DNA from: Macrostomum hystrix
Lineage: Eukaryota > Animalia > Platyhelminthes
NCBI GenBank assembly: GCA_950097015.1
Contig: CATNEN010000038.1
Span: 372,001 to 436,000, forward strand
Length of the DNA: 64,000 nucleotides
Direction: 5' to 3'
Below the pieces are notes generated by a model. The model saw only the letters and a list, made by a program, of their open reading frames with translations. It made no database searches and was not told the DNA's origin. Made by a program: the position numbers and the translations under genes. Positions within the stretch are counted from its first letter, which is position 1; every line of letters begins with the position of its first letter. This document shows, piece by piece, positions 41,401-53,800 of the stretch.

Positions 41401-44400
41401 CGGAAGCCCTTAGCTGAGTTGGCTGAGTCGGTCAGGAATCGAACACTCATCGAGCTGGACCCGGAGGAGTAAGCCGGTGAGGCGTACCACCCAACGCTCT
41501 GCGAAATTTTCGACATCAGAACTGCGTCACCATCGAGCAGGAGGAGTTGGTCGAAGTAGGGCTCCAAGTCCATATAGGTAAACCAAAGGAACACGGTGGA
41601 GTTGGGCGACGCAACAATGGTCCAGCTGCAGTTCAGATTGTTTGCGTACGTTCGGCCGTTGAGAAATCCCAGATGACTTTCCACGGCTCCCGGTCTCTCG
41701 TCAGAGGTTGTTCTCAGCAAAGTGGATTCGTTGCACACTGAAGTTCAATGAAGTAAACTCTAACAGGGATTTTTCTAATATGTATCATAGCCTACTTTTA
41801 GCCTAGCGATTAAAACCTTATCACCGACTCATAAAAAAATACTGCTTTCAAACCGAACGCCTCTACTACTCCGAACCCACTCCAACATCCACTTCACTCC
41901 TACACCAACCTTACTCCACCACCATCCTCACTCCAACACCAACCTCATTCCAACACCAACCTCACTTCAACACCAACCTCACTCTAACTCCCAACTCACT
42001 CCTAGAACATCCTTACACCTACACCCAACTCACTACTACTCACACAAACACCCACCTCACTTCTACACCCACCTCACTCCTACACCCACCTCACTCCTAC
42101 ACCCACCCCACTCCTACACCCACCTCACTCCTACACCCACCTCACTCCTACACCCACCTCACTCCTGCACCCACCTCACTCCTGCACCCACCTCACTCCT
42201 ATACCCACCTCACTCCTACACCACCTCACTCCTACACCCACCTCACTCCTACACCACCTCACTCCTACACCACCTCACTCCTACACCCACCTCGCTCTAA
42301 CACCCGCATCATACTGCGAATCAATCTCAAACACTTACCGATTTCGACTGCCTTGTAAAACACCTGGAATCCATTTCCGCTATACCTGTCGTCCGACTGG
42401 AAGTCAACTCTCATAACTCGTCCCAACCTAAACGGCTCAAACTGTCGGCTCAAGCTAAAAATAGATTCATCGATAGACAGAGCCGCGATCAACGAGCTGT
42501 TCCCGTCAAAAACGCGCAAGAAGTCATTTCCAGGCTCAGCGTCGATGTAAGAAATCACGGCGGTCATGTAAAAGTACTCGGGCGCCACTAAAGTGCAGCT
42601 GCAGTTGAATCTGCGCCTGTACAGCCTCCCGTCACCGATGCCCGTGTGGCTCACCAGGTAGGTCGACAGTTGGCTTCGAGCCTCTTGCTCAGTCACGGAG
42701 ATCAGCGGGCTGCTGCAAACTGAAAGTTGAATGGCACATTCAATAATAAATACCTGGGGGTCGGTGGCAGAGCGGTTGCCTCTTGCACCAAGGTCCCTGA
42801 GCTCGATTCCGCGGCGAGGCCACATTCATTTGGGGCGCAGCCGTGGAGAGAAGGCTTGGGGGCTTGTAGTGCAATTTACGAACTTGAGGGCCAACCTCCA
42901 AGGTACAGTGAGAGTGTATACACTGCCAGTCGATGAGAAAGACAAGACAGATGTACACACCTGTGTGAGCGTGTGCCTCGGTACAGTATCTGTGTGCGTG
43001 TGTGCTCAGGAGTCAGCAGAATGGGCAGAATTGCCTCCTCGCTGGCTGCGGGTCTAGTGTCACCAAATGATCTCTATTTAACCGAACTCCATTTCTTTTT
43101 TTCGATTCTTATTTCGTACAATTTTAATTAATTTGCATTACTTTTTCATCTGGTTCGATCCCTGTTTCGTTGGATTCCCATTTTAACCCTGAATTACTCA
43201 GAGCTTCAACAACCTTTAGTCCCAGCCCGGATGAGGTTGTACACCAGCACAAAGCCGGTGTGACTGCCGTAGTTTCTAAGAAATCGCACTCTCAGACCGC
43301 CCCTGTTCGACTCGCGCCGCAGCTCTGGTGAAATGAGATAGCCCAGCCGGCTGGACAATGCAGTGAGCAGCTGATTGCTGTCTGAGTCCCACAGCTCCAC
43401 AAAGTCCTGCGAGTGGATTTCCAAATAGGTGAAGTGGGCAGACAAGGAGAATCCATCAGGAACTGACAACTGCCACTCGCAGGCGGGGCCTTTGTTATAA
43501 GCTGTGTCGCTGATCCCAAACGTAGCGTGGCTTGTCAGGACGCCGCGGGGAAACTTCTCTGACAATGAAATGGTACGGATGCCTCCGGATTCTCGGCACC
43601 CTTAAAATTATACGTTTTGAGTTTCAGCTTATTGACCAGAAAGTCCACCACACATGCCTCACTTACCCACCCTACTCACATACCAACCTCACTACTGCAC
43701 CCACCTCATTCCTGCAACCACCTCACTCCTGCACCCACCTCATTCCTGCAACCACCTCACTCCTGCACCCACCTCACTCTTGCACCCACCTCAATCCTGC
43801 ACCCACCTCATTCCTACAACCACCGTACTTCTGCACCCACCTCACTCCTGCACCCACCTCACTCCTGCACCCAACCTCACTCTCCCACCAATCTCACTTT
43901 CCCGTTCTCCCACGCAAATTGGTAACGCACACTGCTTTCTCATAGTAACCGCCTGATATTGGAAAGAAAAGCCGTAGCCGAGGAGTCGTGGTTGGTCAGT
44001 CGTTTTAAACCTGACAACTAGGACGTTCACTGTTGATTTGCATTCATTTGGCGAGCTGATGAAGCCGAACTCGCAGCGAACTGGACCTTCTTCGGAACCT
44101 TCGTAGAATTTCAAAGTATCTTGCGCCTGTGCCAAGGAGACGTAGGTCACCCTCACGTTGATCATTGTGCCAACCGGACCAGCGATCGTTGCCGTGCACA
44201 TCAAGCCCCTGCTGTAGAATCCTCGACCGAAGGTCTCGTGGCTCACCATTGTTTCACCTTCAGTGTCCGGGTCCGCGTAAAAACTTTTACCGCTGCACAC
44301 TGAAATCAAACAACTGAGTTACTTTGCATTAACGTTTGCAACCTCATAATGCTACAATCGCTCACCCATCGCATCCTTGATCCTGTACATCAGCCTCACA

Positions 44401-46340
44401 ATGCTACAATCGCTCACCCATCGCATCCTTGATCCTGTACATCAGCCTCACAATGCTACAATCGCTCACCCATCGCATCCTTGATCCTGTACATCAGTCT
44501 CACAATGCTACAATCGCTCACCCATCGCATCCTTGATCCTGTACATCAGTCTCACAATGCTACAATCGCTCACCCATCGCATCCTTGATCCTGTACAATA
44601 TTGCGAATCCTCGAAGGGCATTGCTGTAGTCAGTTCTGAAGCGGATTGTGATGTCAGCGCCGACTGTCTGGTAGATCCAGCGGGTGCTGAGGTTGCCCTG
44701 AGGCTCCCTACTTAATGATTCACTGGTGGCGATACTGTCGAAGTCGACCAGCTCAAGTCTGTCGCAGCAGCTTTCGATCTCCAAAAAAAGTAGCTTAAAA
44801 GCCAGCTTGTAGCCAAGTGGAGGCCGCAGGGTCACACTGCAGCTGACTGAGTCGGAGTAGGTCGTGTAGTTGTCGAAACCCACGTGACTGACGAGCCGGT
44901 TGACTCCAGATCCGGGAGTCAGCGAGATCACAGCCGGTGAGTCGCATACTGTTTGGAGTGTTGCTATTCTCAAATAATGCTGCTACAAATTTATGGCCTA
45001 CTTATTTGTGAATCTCGTCCTTGAGAATCTTTCATGTCTTAATCAAGAGTAATTAAAAAGTAATTAAAATTGACTAAAAAGGTTGTAATTAAAAGCGGGC
45101 AATCTTCAAATGCAATAGCGATGATACTGTGTAGTGACTTCTTAAAATACGAGAAGTTTAGTCTCCGCAGTAACAGCCAGTCTTGAAGGCACTGAACGAG
45201 TCTCAGAATCGAATGTACACTTGTATTAACCAGAGATAAGAAGGGGCAGAAGGGTGACACGAGAAGGGACGGGCCAGAGGGTAAGATTTGATAAGGAGGG
45301 GGTGAGGAAAGAGAGACGAGCGAACAGCTGGCCAATCAGAGACGAGGGAGAGGAAAGAGAATTGAATGTTAGCTAAGAAGTTGAATAGATAGAGGGAGAG
45401 ATGAGCGTAAACAAACACTGGGAAAGAACGGTAAAATTTCACGTCACCTAATCCCCTGCTCCTCGTTAACATCTGTGAACTACCTCGAAGGCGCATTGCC
45501 GGTAAAGCAACAGGAACTTTAGCCATAGACATTATTTCTACTCACTGGGCAAGGTGTCGATTGCCAATCGATATCGCAGTCGGAAGCCTCGATTTGTGGT
45601 TTCGTATCGATCCGTGGCGAATCGAACCACCAACCTTTCAGTTGTCGATCGATACTCCAAAGAGCCTAGCGTCTCAGAGTCCTTTTGTCCTGTGAACATA
45701 GCCACTCGTGTCTGATCTCCGGCGCCGCTGAGCAATGTCAGAAAATCCCTGTCCTGCTCCAGGTCCAGGATATCGAATCTGACGCCGATGAGGAAGCCTT
45801 CAGGGGCCAGCAGAATGCGCTCACAGCTGATATCCTGACCATAGCTTGAGCTGAAGTCTGTCAGCTCCGGGTGGCTTATCAGCTCACCATCGTTCTCCTG
45901 CAGGCTAACTGAGATTGTCATATTCGCCTGTTCGCCAGCCCAATGGTCTCTGGGGCAGGCTGTGGAATTTAATGGAAAAATTAAGCCTTAGTCCGTTTTA
46001 GATATGTGGAAGGCACTGGGAGGGACGAAAAGTGTAAACTGTAACAACTGTAAACTGTAACAACTGTAAACTGTAACAACTGTAAACTGTAACAACTGTA
46101 AACTGTAACAACTGTAAACTGTAACAACTGTAAACTGTAACAACTGTAAACTGTAACAACTGTAAACTGTAACAACTGTAAACTGTAACAACTGTAAACT
46201 GTAACAACTTCAGCACGCGAGCAAGATGTCTCAAGATGTCCATGTCTCATCCATGTCTCAAGGGTGTACTTGCCCACAGTATCCGGTATGCAGTGTCCAA
46301 GCTGCGACGCGATAAAAATGGTTAAAATAAGCAAAAGCAT
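38433..46340 (-). CDS. Secreted multi-CUB protein B: signal peptide + 8 CUB + C-terminal PAN/Apple-like domain, ~1121 aa
   Basis: Exons 46340..46274 (MLLLILTIFIASQLGHCIPDTV), 45959..45546, 44948..44574, 44299..43931, 43600..43214, 42719..42339, 41737..41363, 40774..40388, 39534..39157, 38665..38433. All introns are phase 1 and the frame stays open (3366 nt). Each internal exon encodes C...SH.GF...Y....C.W.I...LE...D.....V.F.TD......GF...Y (CUB). The last exon has ARSSIECAALC.....C..GEFD.....C (PAN/Apple-like). No TM segment. Confidence 0.88.
39821..40232. repeat. 40-bp minisatellite in CUB-B intron 8
   Basis: Unit GGGTGCATGGGTGTGCTCAGGACAAGGGCTCAGGTTCTCA, ~10 copies. Confidence 0.95.
40895..41270 (+). 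mobile_element. SINE (family 1) with an internal 57-bp triplication
   Basis: Head CCAAGGTCCCTGAGCTCGATTCCGCGG; segment GTGTACGTGTGTGCCTGCGTACGGTATCTGTGTGATTGTGCGTGTGCTCAGGATTCA occurs 3 times (41055-41226). Confidence 0.75.
41860..42295. repeat. 17-bp minisatellite (CACCCACCTCACTCCTA) in CUB-B intron 6
   Basis: Directly visible; a related array lies at 43660-43885. Confidence 0.9.
42757..43072 (+). mobile_element. tRNA-derived SINE (family 1), near full length
   Basis: GGGGTCGGTGGCAGAGCGG...GAGCTCGATTCC...GCTGCGGGTCTAGTGTCACCAAATGA. Confidence 0.85.
43660..43885. repeat. 17-bp minisatellite (CACCCACCTCACTCCTG) in CUB-B intron 4
   Basis: Directly visible. Confidence 0.88.
44343..44598. repeat. 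52-bp tandem repeat (x5) spanning an exon/intron junction
   Basis: Units start at 44343, 44395, 44447, 44499 and 44551. Each contains the last ~24 nt of CUB-B exon 3 and the GTGAGC donor. Confidence 0.95.
46033..46209. repeat. 16-bp repeat (CTGTAACAACTGTAAA) in CUB-B intron 1
   Basis: About 11 perfect copies. Confidence 0.95.
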
Positions 46341-46724
46341 TTCTTGTAATCGATTTTTCTCCAATGTCTTTCAGGAGAAGCAGCGCCTGTTATCTTAGTT
46401 CTCTGCAGAAGCGACAGCATTATGAGGTATATAAAGGTGTACTGATTTCCATTGGGACACTGAAACAATACATTTATTCAATTACATTTTTCGCGGATCG
46501 CTTCATGTTTTTCATCTTCAATACACAACAGCCCACTTGACGATCTTTCGAGACTACTGAGTCACAGACACCTGAAATTTTCAAGTAAAAATGTGGTCCC
46601 CCTGTTAATCTCATTAGGATTTTACATATATTTCTTTTAATTTGATTTTTCTGGTTCTGCGGGCTACTTTAAATATATAGTAGTAAACACTTCTAGGAGT
46701 AGAGGAGGAGTTTTAGAGGAGGAG

Positions 46725-47480
46725 GATGGGTAGAGGAGTAAGGGGTAGAGGAGTAAGGGGTAGAGGAGTAAGGGGTAGAGGAGTAAGGGGTAGAGGAGTA
46801 AGGGGTAGAGGAGTAAGGGGTAGAGGAGTAAGGGGTAGAGGAGTAAGGGGTAGAGGAGTAAGGGGTAGAGGAGTAAGGGGTAGAGGAGTAAGGGGTAGAG
46901 GAGTAAGGGGTAGAGGAGTAAGGGGTAGAGGAGTAAGGGGTATAGGAGTAAGGGGTAGAGGAGAAAGGGGTAAGAGGAGTAAGGGGTAGAGGAGGGAGTG
47001 ATAGAGAAGTAAGGGGTAGATAACTCAGTTTGAGGAGGTCAGTTTAAGGAGGTCAGTTTGAGGAGGTCAGTTTAAGGAGGTCAGTTTGAGGAGGTCAGTT
47101 TAAGGAGGTCAGTTTGAGGAGGTCAGTTTAAGGAGGTCAGTTTGAGGAGGTCAGTTTAAGGAGGTCAGTTGGAGGAGGTCAGTTTAAGGAGGTCAGTTGG
47201 AGGAGGTCAGTTTAAGGAGGTCAGTTTAAGGAGGTCAGTTTAAGGAGGTCAGTTTAAGGAGATCAGTTGGAGGAGGTCAGTTGGAGGAGTTTAGTTGGAG
47301 GAGGTCAGTTTAAGGAGGTCAGTTTAAGGAGGTCAGTTGGAGGAGGTCAGTTTAAGGAGGTCAGTTGGAGGAGGTCAGTTTAAGGAGGTCAGTTGGAGGA
47401 GTTCAGTTGGAGGAGGTCAGTTGGAGGAGTTCAGTTTAAGGAGGTCAGTTGGAGGAGGTCAGTTGGAGGAGGTCAGTTGC
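46725..47480. repeat. Adjacent 15-bp (AGGGGTAGAGGAGTA) and 14-bp (GGAGGTCAGTTTAA) arrays between CUB-A and CUB-B
   Basis: About 17 copies (46727-46990) and about 32 copies (47025-47478). Confidence 0.95.
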
Positions 47481-47892
47481 AGGATTTCAAGATTATGACT
47501 TGCGGAAAAAACTTCTCCAAACCTGCTCAGCCAGCTTAATCAGTCAATTCATCCTCCTCACTCTGCATTGTTGCAAAAAATATTCTCAAAAACCTGCTGA
47601 GTAGAATATGAGAAGCTCTGAAAAGAATGCCAACCAATCACTAGACTACTTAAAGTCATGCGGATGAGAATTCTTAGTTTTTTGCTCTTCCCGTCAAATA
47701 AATTTGAGTCAAATGCATTTATTCGTATTTATGAATATTTATTTGGTAATTTATTGTGTGTTTTATTTTTCAAGGAAAATTTACGTAGAAAAAATCAGAT
47801 TTTCAGAGAGCCTTAACAACTCTTTGTTAACTTGAATCGTTTATTGTGAGTGCAAACATTTTTTGGTTGTGTGCTGGTTAAAATTTTGAGAT

Positions 47893-50800
47893 TCAAGGCG
47901 CCAGCTTGACGAATCCGCGCTCGCCAACGGAGCTCATCACCGACGAGATGAAGCAAGCCTGCATCAGTGGGTCGAAATCAGCGAAGATGCAAGCGTGCGA
48001 GGACTGGCACAGCACTGAGCACTCGATGTCACTGCGAGCCGCGAGGACTCGACTCAGGGCGCTAGACTGCTTGGGTGTCGTGATGGACGTTTCGACACTG
48101 ACGAATTCTGAAAGATTAATTTAAAACTGTCTTCTAGTCGTAATTACACTATTATAGCTATAGTGTACACTGCCTGAAAACAATCAGGGCATTTGTACAC
48201 ACCTGTGTGCGTATGTGCTCAGGATTCCTAATACTATCAATTCTAAACGTTGCAGGGCTGTGGGATGTCTTATCATGTGACACAAGACCCGCAGCCAGTG
48301 AGGAGGCAATTCTGCCCATTTCGCTGACTCCTGAGCACACACGTTCACAGGTACTGTACGCAGGCACACACACTCACACAGGTGTGTTCCTCATCGTCAG
48401 GCAGTGTACACTCTCACTGTGCCTTGGAGGTTGGCCCTCAAGGGAGTAAATTGCACGACAAGCCCCCAAGCCTTCTCTCCGCGGCTGCGCCCCAAATGAA
48501 TGTGGCCTTGCCGTGGAATCGAGCTCAGAGACCTTGGTGCGAGAGACAAAACGCGTTAACCGCTCTGCCACCCACCCCTTGAGGGTTCAGGATCTAGCGG
48601 AATGGACCGAGTTGCCTCCTCGCTCGCTGCGGGTCTACAGTCACCAGCTTCAGCCCAATGCTTAATACTTACCTGCAGAGAACATTGGAATGATGTACAG
48701 CGAGCACATCAGCTTGAAGCCAGTCCTCACAACTGCCGTGTTTGTGTTGAATTTAATTTTCAGAATGTTGGAAGTTGTGCGCTGAACCACGGTCGTAAAA
48801 TTGGTAGAACTGCCAGACAGCCTCTCAAACAGAGTCCTGTTATTGTCTTCGACGCTGACGAAATCTGATCCGGGCTCGAGATCCAGGTGGTCAAACCAAG
48901 TTTCAATGAAGAAGCCAGCAGGTGCCTCCACCGTGCACTCCCTGGTGAGGCTGTTCTCATAGAAGCTGCCAAAGCCGAAATGCTCGTGACTGACAATGGC
49001 TAGGGTGTCCTTCTTTTCAGAATGGAAAATTCGGCCATTCATAGTGCAAACTGGAAAACATGAAACTCGAGAGTCAGTTCAGGCACAGACCAAAATAGAC
49101 AGACTTTCCTGACTTTGCAAACAACCAGCTTTCAAGAAGCTATGTCTTTAGTTTTATTTTGATTTTAATATAAAGTGAGTGAGGGGTAGTCCACAGACGG
49201 GGAGGTCAGTGGCAGAGTGGTCTAACGCGTTTGCCTCTCGCACCAAGGCCCCTGAGTTCGATTCCACGGCAAGGCCACATTCATTTGGGGCGCAGCCGCG
49301 GAGAGAAGGCTTGGGGGCTTGTCGTGCAATTTACCCCCTTGAAGGCTGACCTCCAAGGCACAGTGAGAGTGTACACTGCCTGACGATGTGAGAGAAAGTC
49401 AGGGCAGATGTGCACGCCTGTGTGAGTGCATGCCTGCGTACAGTATCCGTGTGAGTGTGTGCTCAGGAGTCAGCGGAATCGCCTCCTGGCTGGCTGCAGG
49501 TCTAGTGTCACCAAATGATGTGCCATTGCCCGCCAGTCCTAATGCAATTATTATTTTTTTTTATCAGTCCACAGACAGAACAGCCGTGCACTGTACAGGT
49601 GTGGCTGTGCCGCTGGCTGCACATAAAACCTTTATAATACTTATGAGTCATTTTCCGCGAAGAAAGAAATTTCCAGTATAAGGCTATCGTCAGAAATAAA
49701 AAAACGAGCGTATATTACCTGTCATCTTTGGCTTAGCCATGTAGTACATCTCAAAGCCGAGATAGTTCAGAGCATAGTCAGTTTTGAACTCCACATCCAG
49801 ATATCCGGAATCTGATGTGATGGCACGGGGCAGAGGGCTGTCAGCATCCTGTGTCAGCATCAGCAGTCTGCCTTGCTCGTCTGAGACGCGAACATAATCA
49901 TAGCCGATCTCGAAATCCAGAAAAGTGAACCAGACGACCAGGGCACTACCGGCGGATGCTCTGAGAGTCCATTGGCACTGCAGGTTTGAGTCGTAGGTTG
50001 TTGAGAAGCCGTCAAAGCCAGGGTGACTAATTATCACCCCTGGTACCTGGCTGCGCCTATCAACATAAATCGTGTTGACACGCAAGGAACCGCAATCTAA
50101 AAAAACATTGAAGGTTAATTTATAACACTGAGTTCTGACTGTCTGTGAGTCTACTTTCATTTATTCGGGCCTGGTTTTCAGTTTGTACTTTTCAGGAGTC
50201 GGGGGGGTATTTCAAGTACCCAAAGCCTAATTCACGAAAACTCCCAAACCGAATGACTGATTTTCGTGAATGCCCACAAAATTAGTTCGTCTTTACGATG
50301 AACTAACTTTCAAAGCCGTCCAAAGTCAACATAGTCAAGATGTTCAGTGGTTCTGGTCGAATGTTAAAAACCTCTACGGCGTATCCATGTTGGTTCAAAA
50401 ATAAGAAAGTTACAATGTAAGCAACACAATATAATCAACAAAAATATAGGTTACATTATGCAATTTCGTGAGCAGATTTTTTATGTCTCTATTGGTGGTT
50501 TTTGCCACCAGACGCCTCAACGAGAATCGTTGAACTTCTCGACGGTGCCGATGTTTCAGGAGATACAGAAAAAAACTAATTTGAATTGAAGTGCCTGTGC
50601 TCCTGATGCGTTGGTCATTGTCGACTGCTTGCCAAGGCCGTTGTTTCAGACCGGTTTGATTGGCTTAGCCTTGGCCTCGCCCTCTCTCACCCTCCTACCC
50701 TGTCCCTGCTCTGTGCGCCCTTTGCCGCCACCTGATTGGCTGGGCGCGGGCATTGTCTGTTATCCCTTACCCCGGCCCTGCCTGGCTTAGCCCCTCCGCC

Positions 50801-53800
50801 AATCAGCTCTACGCCACAAGTACCAAGCTGAAGTAGAGTGTCCTAACGCCACAAGTACCAAGCTGAAGTAGAGTGTCCTAACGCCACAAGTACCAAGCTG
50901 AAGTAGAGTGTCCTAACGCCACAAGTACCAAGCTGAAGTAGAGTGTCCTAACGCCACAAGTACCAGGCTGAAGTAGTGTCCTAACGCCACAAGTACCAAG
51001 CTGAAGTAGAGTGTCCTAACGCCACAAGTACCAGGCTGAAGTAGAGTGTCCTAACGCCACAAGTACCAGGCTGAAGTAGAGTGTCCTAACGCCACAGGTA
51101 CCAGGCTGAAGTAGAGTGTCCTAACGCCACAAGTACCAAGCTGAAGTAGAGTGTCCTAACGCCACAAGTACCAGGCTGAAGTAGAGTGTCCTAACGCCAC
51201 AAGTACCAGGCTGAAGTAGAGTGTCCTAACGCCACAGGTACCAGGCTTTGCACTACAGAAATGCCCCCCGGTTGTCTTTCTACTGCTAAATAGCATTGGC
51301 TGTATTTTTGCAGTAAAAATCAAGAGCATACTCACAGTACGGGTTCGTATTCTGCATAGCATAGTAATTGGCTTGGAAGCCGTTGCGAACATTGTTTGAG
51401 TCCGTTACAAACTGGACGCTCATTACGTTGGTCCCGCCGGAGTAGCTGGGAGAACTGTAAGGCCCGACACTTTGCGAGATTCCTGCAATCTGCGAACCAT
51501 CACCGTCGCGCAGGTAAACTCTGTCATTGAAGGGCTCCAAATCCATGTAGGTGAATGTTACTAGCACAGTGCAGTCCTGCGGTGCTATGATGGTCCAGCC
51601 GCAGATCTGATTGTTACTGTAGGTGAGACTGCTTGAGCCTCCCACACCAGCGTTGCTCAAGAGCAAACCTTTTGAGTCAGCCGCCGCGAGGTAGACTGTC
51701 TTGTCGCCCTCGCAAACTAAAACAGTTTAAATATCAATGGAAGTTTTCTGATGGAAAAAAAATGTGAGAAATACTTGTAGTCCACGGTGGTCTCGACTTA
51801 AAAAGCTGGTCTTGATTAAATTTCTAGGAAGTATAATGTTTCTAATTTAATGTAGGTATGTTAATCAATAATTCAAACATCTACTGAAACTGTCTAACAC
51901 GTGGAGGATCTTCTAAGACGTTTTAAATTTGTCTAACACGCTTTGAATCAGTCTAACACGTTTTAGATTTGTCTAACACGTTTCGAATCTGTCTAACACG
52001 CTTTGGATCTGTCTAACACGTTTCGAATCTGTCTAACACGCTTTGGATCTGTCTAAGACGTTTCGAATCTGTCTAACACGTTTTAGATCTGTCTAACACG
52101 TTTTAGATTTGTCTAACACGTTTCGAATCTGTCTAACACGCTTTGGATCTGTCTAACACGTTTCGAATCTGTCTAACACGCTTTGGATCTGTCTAAGACG
52201 TTTCGAATCTGTCTAACACGTTTTGGATCTGTCTAACACGTTTCGAATCTGTCTAACACGTTTTGGATCTGTCTAACACGTTTTAGATTTGTTTAACACG
52301 TTTCGAATCTGTCTAACACGCTTTGGATCTGTCTAACACGTTTTAGATTTGTTTAACACGTTTCGAATCTGTCTAACACGCTTTGGATCTGTCTAAGACG
52401 TTTCGAATCTGTCTAACACGTTTTGGATCTGTCTAACACGTTTCGAATCTGTCTAAGACGTTTCGAATCTGTCTAACACGTTTTGGATCTGTCTAACACG
52501 TTTCGAATCTGTCTAACACGTTTCGAATCTGTCTAACACGTTTTAGATCTGTCTAACACGTTTTAGATTTGTTTAACACGTTTCGAATCTGTCTAAGACG
52601 TTTCGAATCTGTCTAACACGCTTTGGATCTGTCTAAGACGTTTCGAATCTGTCTAACACGTTTTGGATCTGTCTAACACGTTTTGGATCTGTCTAACACG
52701 TAGCGTATCGTGGAGTGAGCCCAGCGGACTGACTCACTAACAGCAGGATCAAAGGCAGTCTCAATTGTCAGTCGAAAGCCGCTGTAAGCGATCGCATAGT
52801 CTGCCGAAAACTGAAGCCCCATTTTGTTGCTAGAGGTGCTAAACTCATTTTTTTCTAGCCAATCGTAAAATCCGGAAACGTAGCCAAGCATGGTGCCGTC
52901 AGTGTCATAGACACTCAGAATATCATAGTTGGACTCGGAATTGAAGCTTCGAATCTGCATCTTCAGGTAGTAACCAGGTGATGTAGTGATTGTCCATCCG
53001 CACAGCAGGTTGTTGGGATAATTGGTATTACCGTCAAATCCTGCATGGCTGATCAGGGTATAGCCCCACGTGTTTGGATCGAATGTGATATTGATAAGCC
53101 CGCTGCAGACTGCAATTATTTGGGATTAGCAAAATCTTGCACCTGTGTCTCGGCATACATTTATCATTAATTGCTTCAAACATTGAATTTCAGCTTTTCA
53201 CTGGCCAGTGGGTGAAAATGAAACTTCTGGTGCTAACAGAAACAGTGCATCTTGATAACATCAGATAAGGGAGAGATGAGACAGGGGAGAGATGAGACAG
53301 GTGAGAGATGAGACAGGTGAGGGATGTGACATGCTAGAGATGAGACAGGGGAGAGATGAGACAGGTGAGAGATGAGACAGGTGAGAGATGAGACAGGTGA
53401 GGGATGTGACATGCTAGAGATGAGACAGGGGAGTGATGAGACAGGGAAGTGATGAGACACGTGAGAGATGAGACAGGGGAGAGATGAGATAGGGGAGGGA
53501 TGTGACAGGGGAGAGATGAGACAGGTGAGAGTCAAGGGAGAGATGAGACAGGGAAGTGATGAGACACGTGAGAGATGAGACAGGGGAGAGATGAGATAGG
53601 GGAGGGATGTGACAGGGGAGAGATGAGACAGGTGAGAGTCAAGGGAGAGATGAGACAGGGAAGTGATGAGACACGTGAGAGATGAGACAGGGGAGAGATG
53701 AGATAGGGGAGGGATGAGACAGGGGAGAGATGAGACAGGTGAGAGTCAAGGGAGAGATGAGACAGGGGAGTGATGAGACATGCTAGAGATTAGACAGGGG

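Noticed and set aside
46726-46989. RGVRG-repeat ORF resembling RGG proteins
   Set aside because: It is a translation of the 15-bp minisatellite.
49198-49275. tRNA genes at the SINE heads (also at 7876)
   Set aside because: A/B boxes are present, but each continues into a shared SINE body and tail and no complete cloverleaf could be supported.
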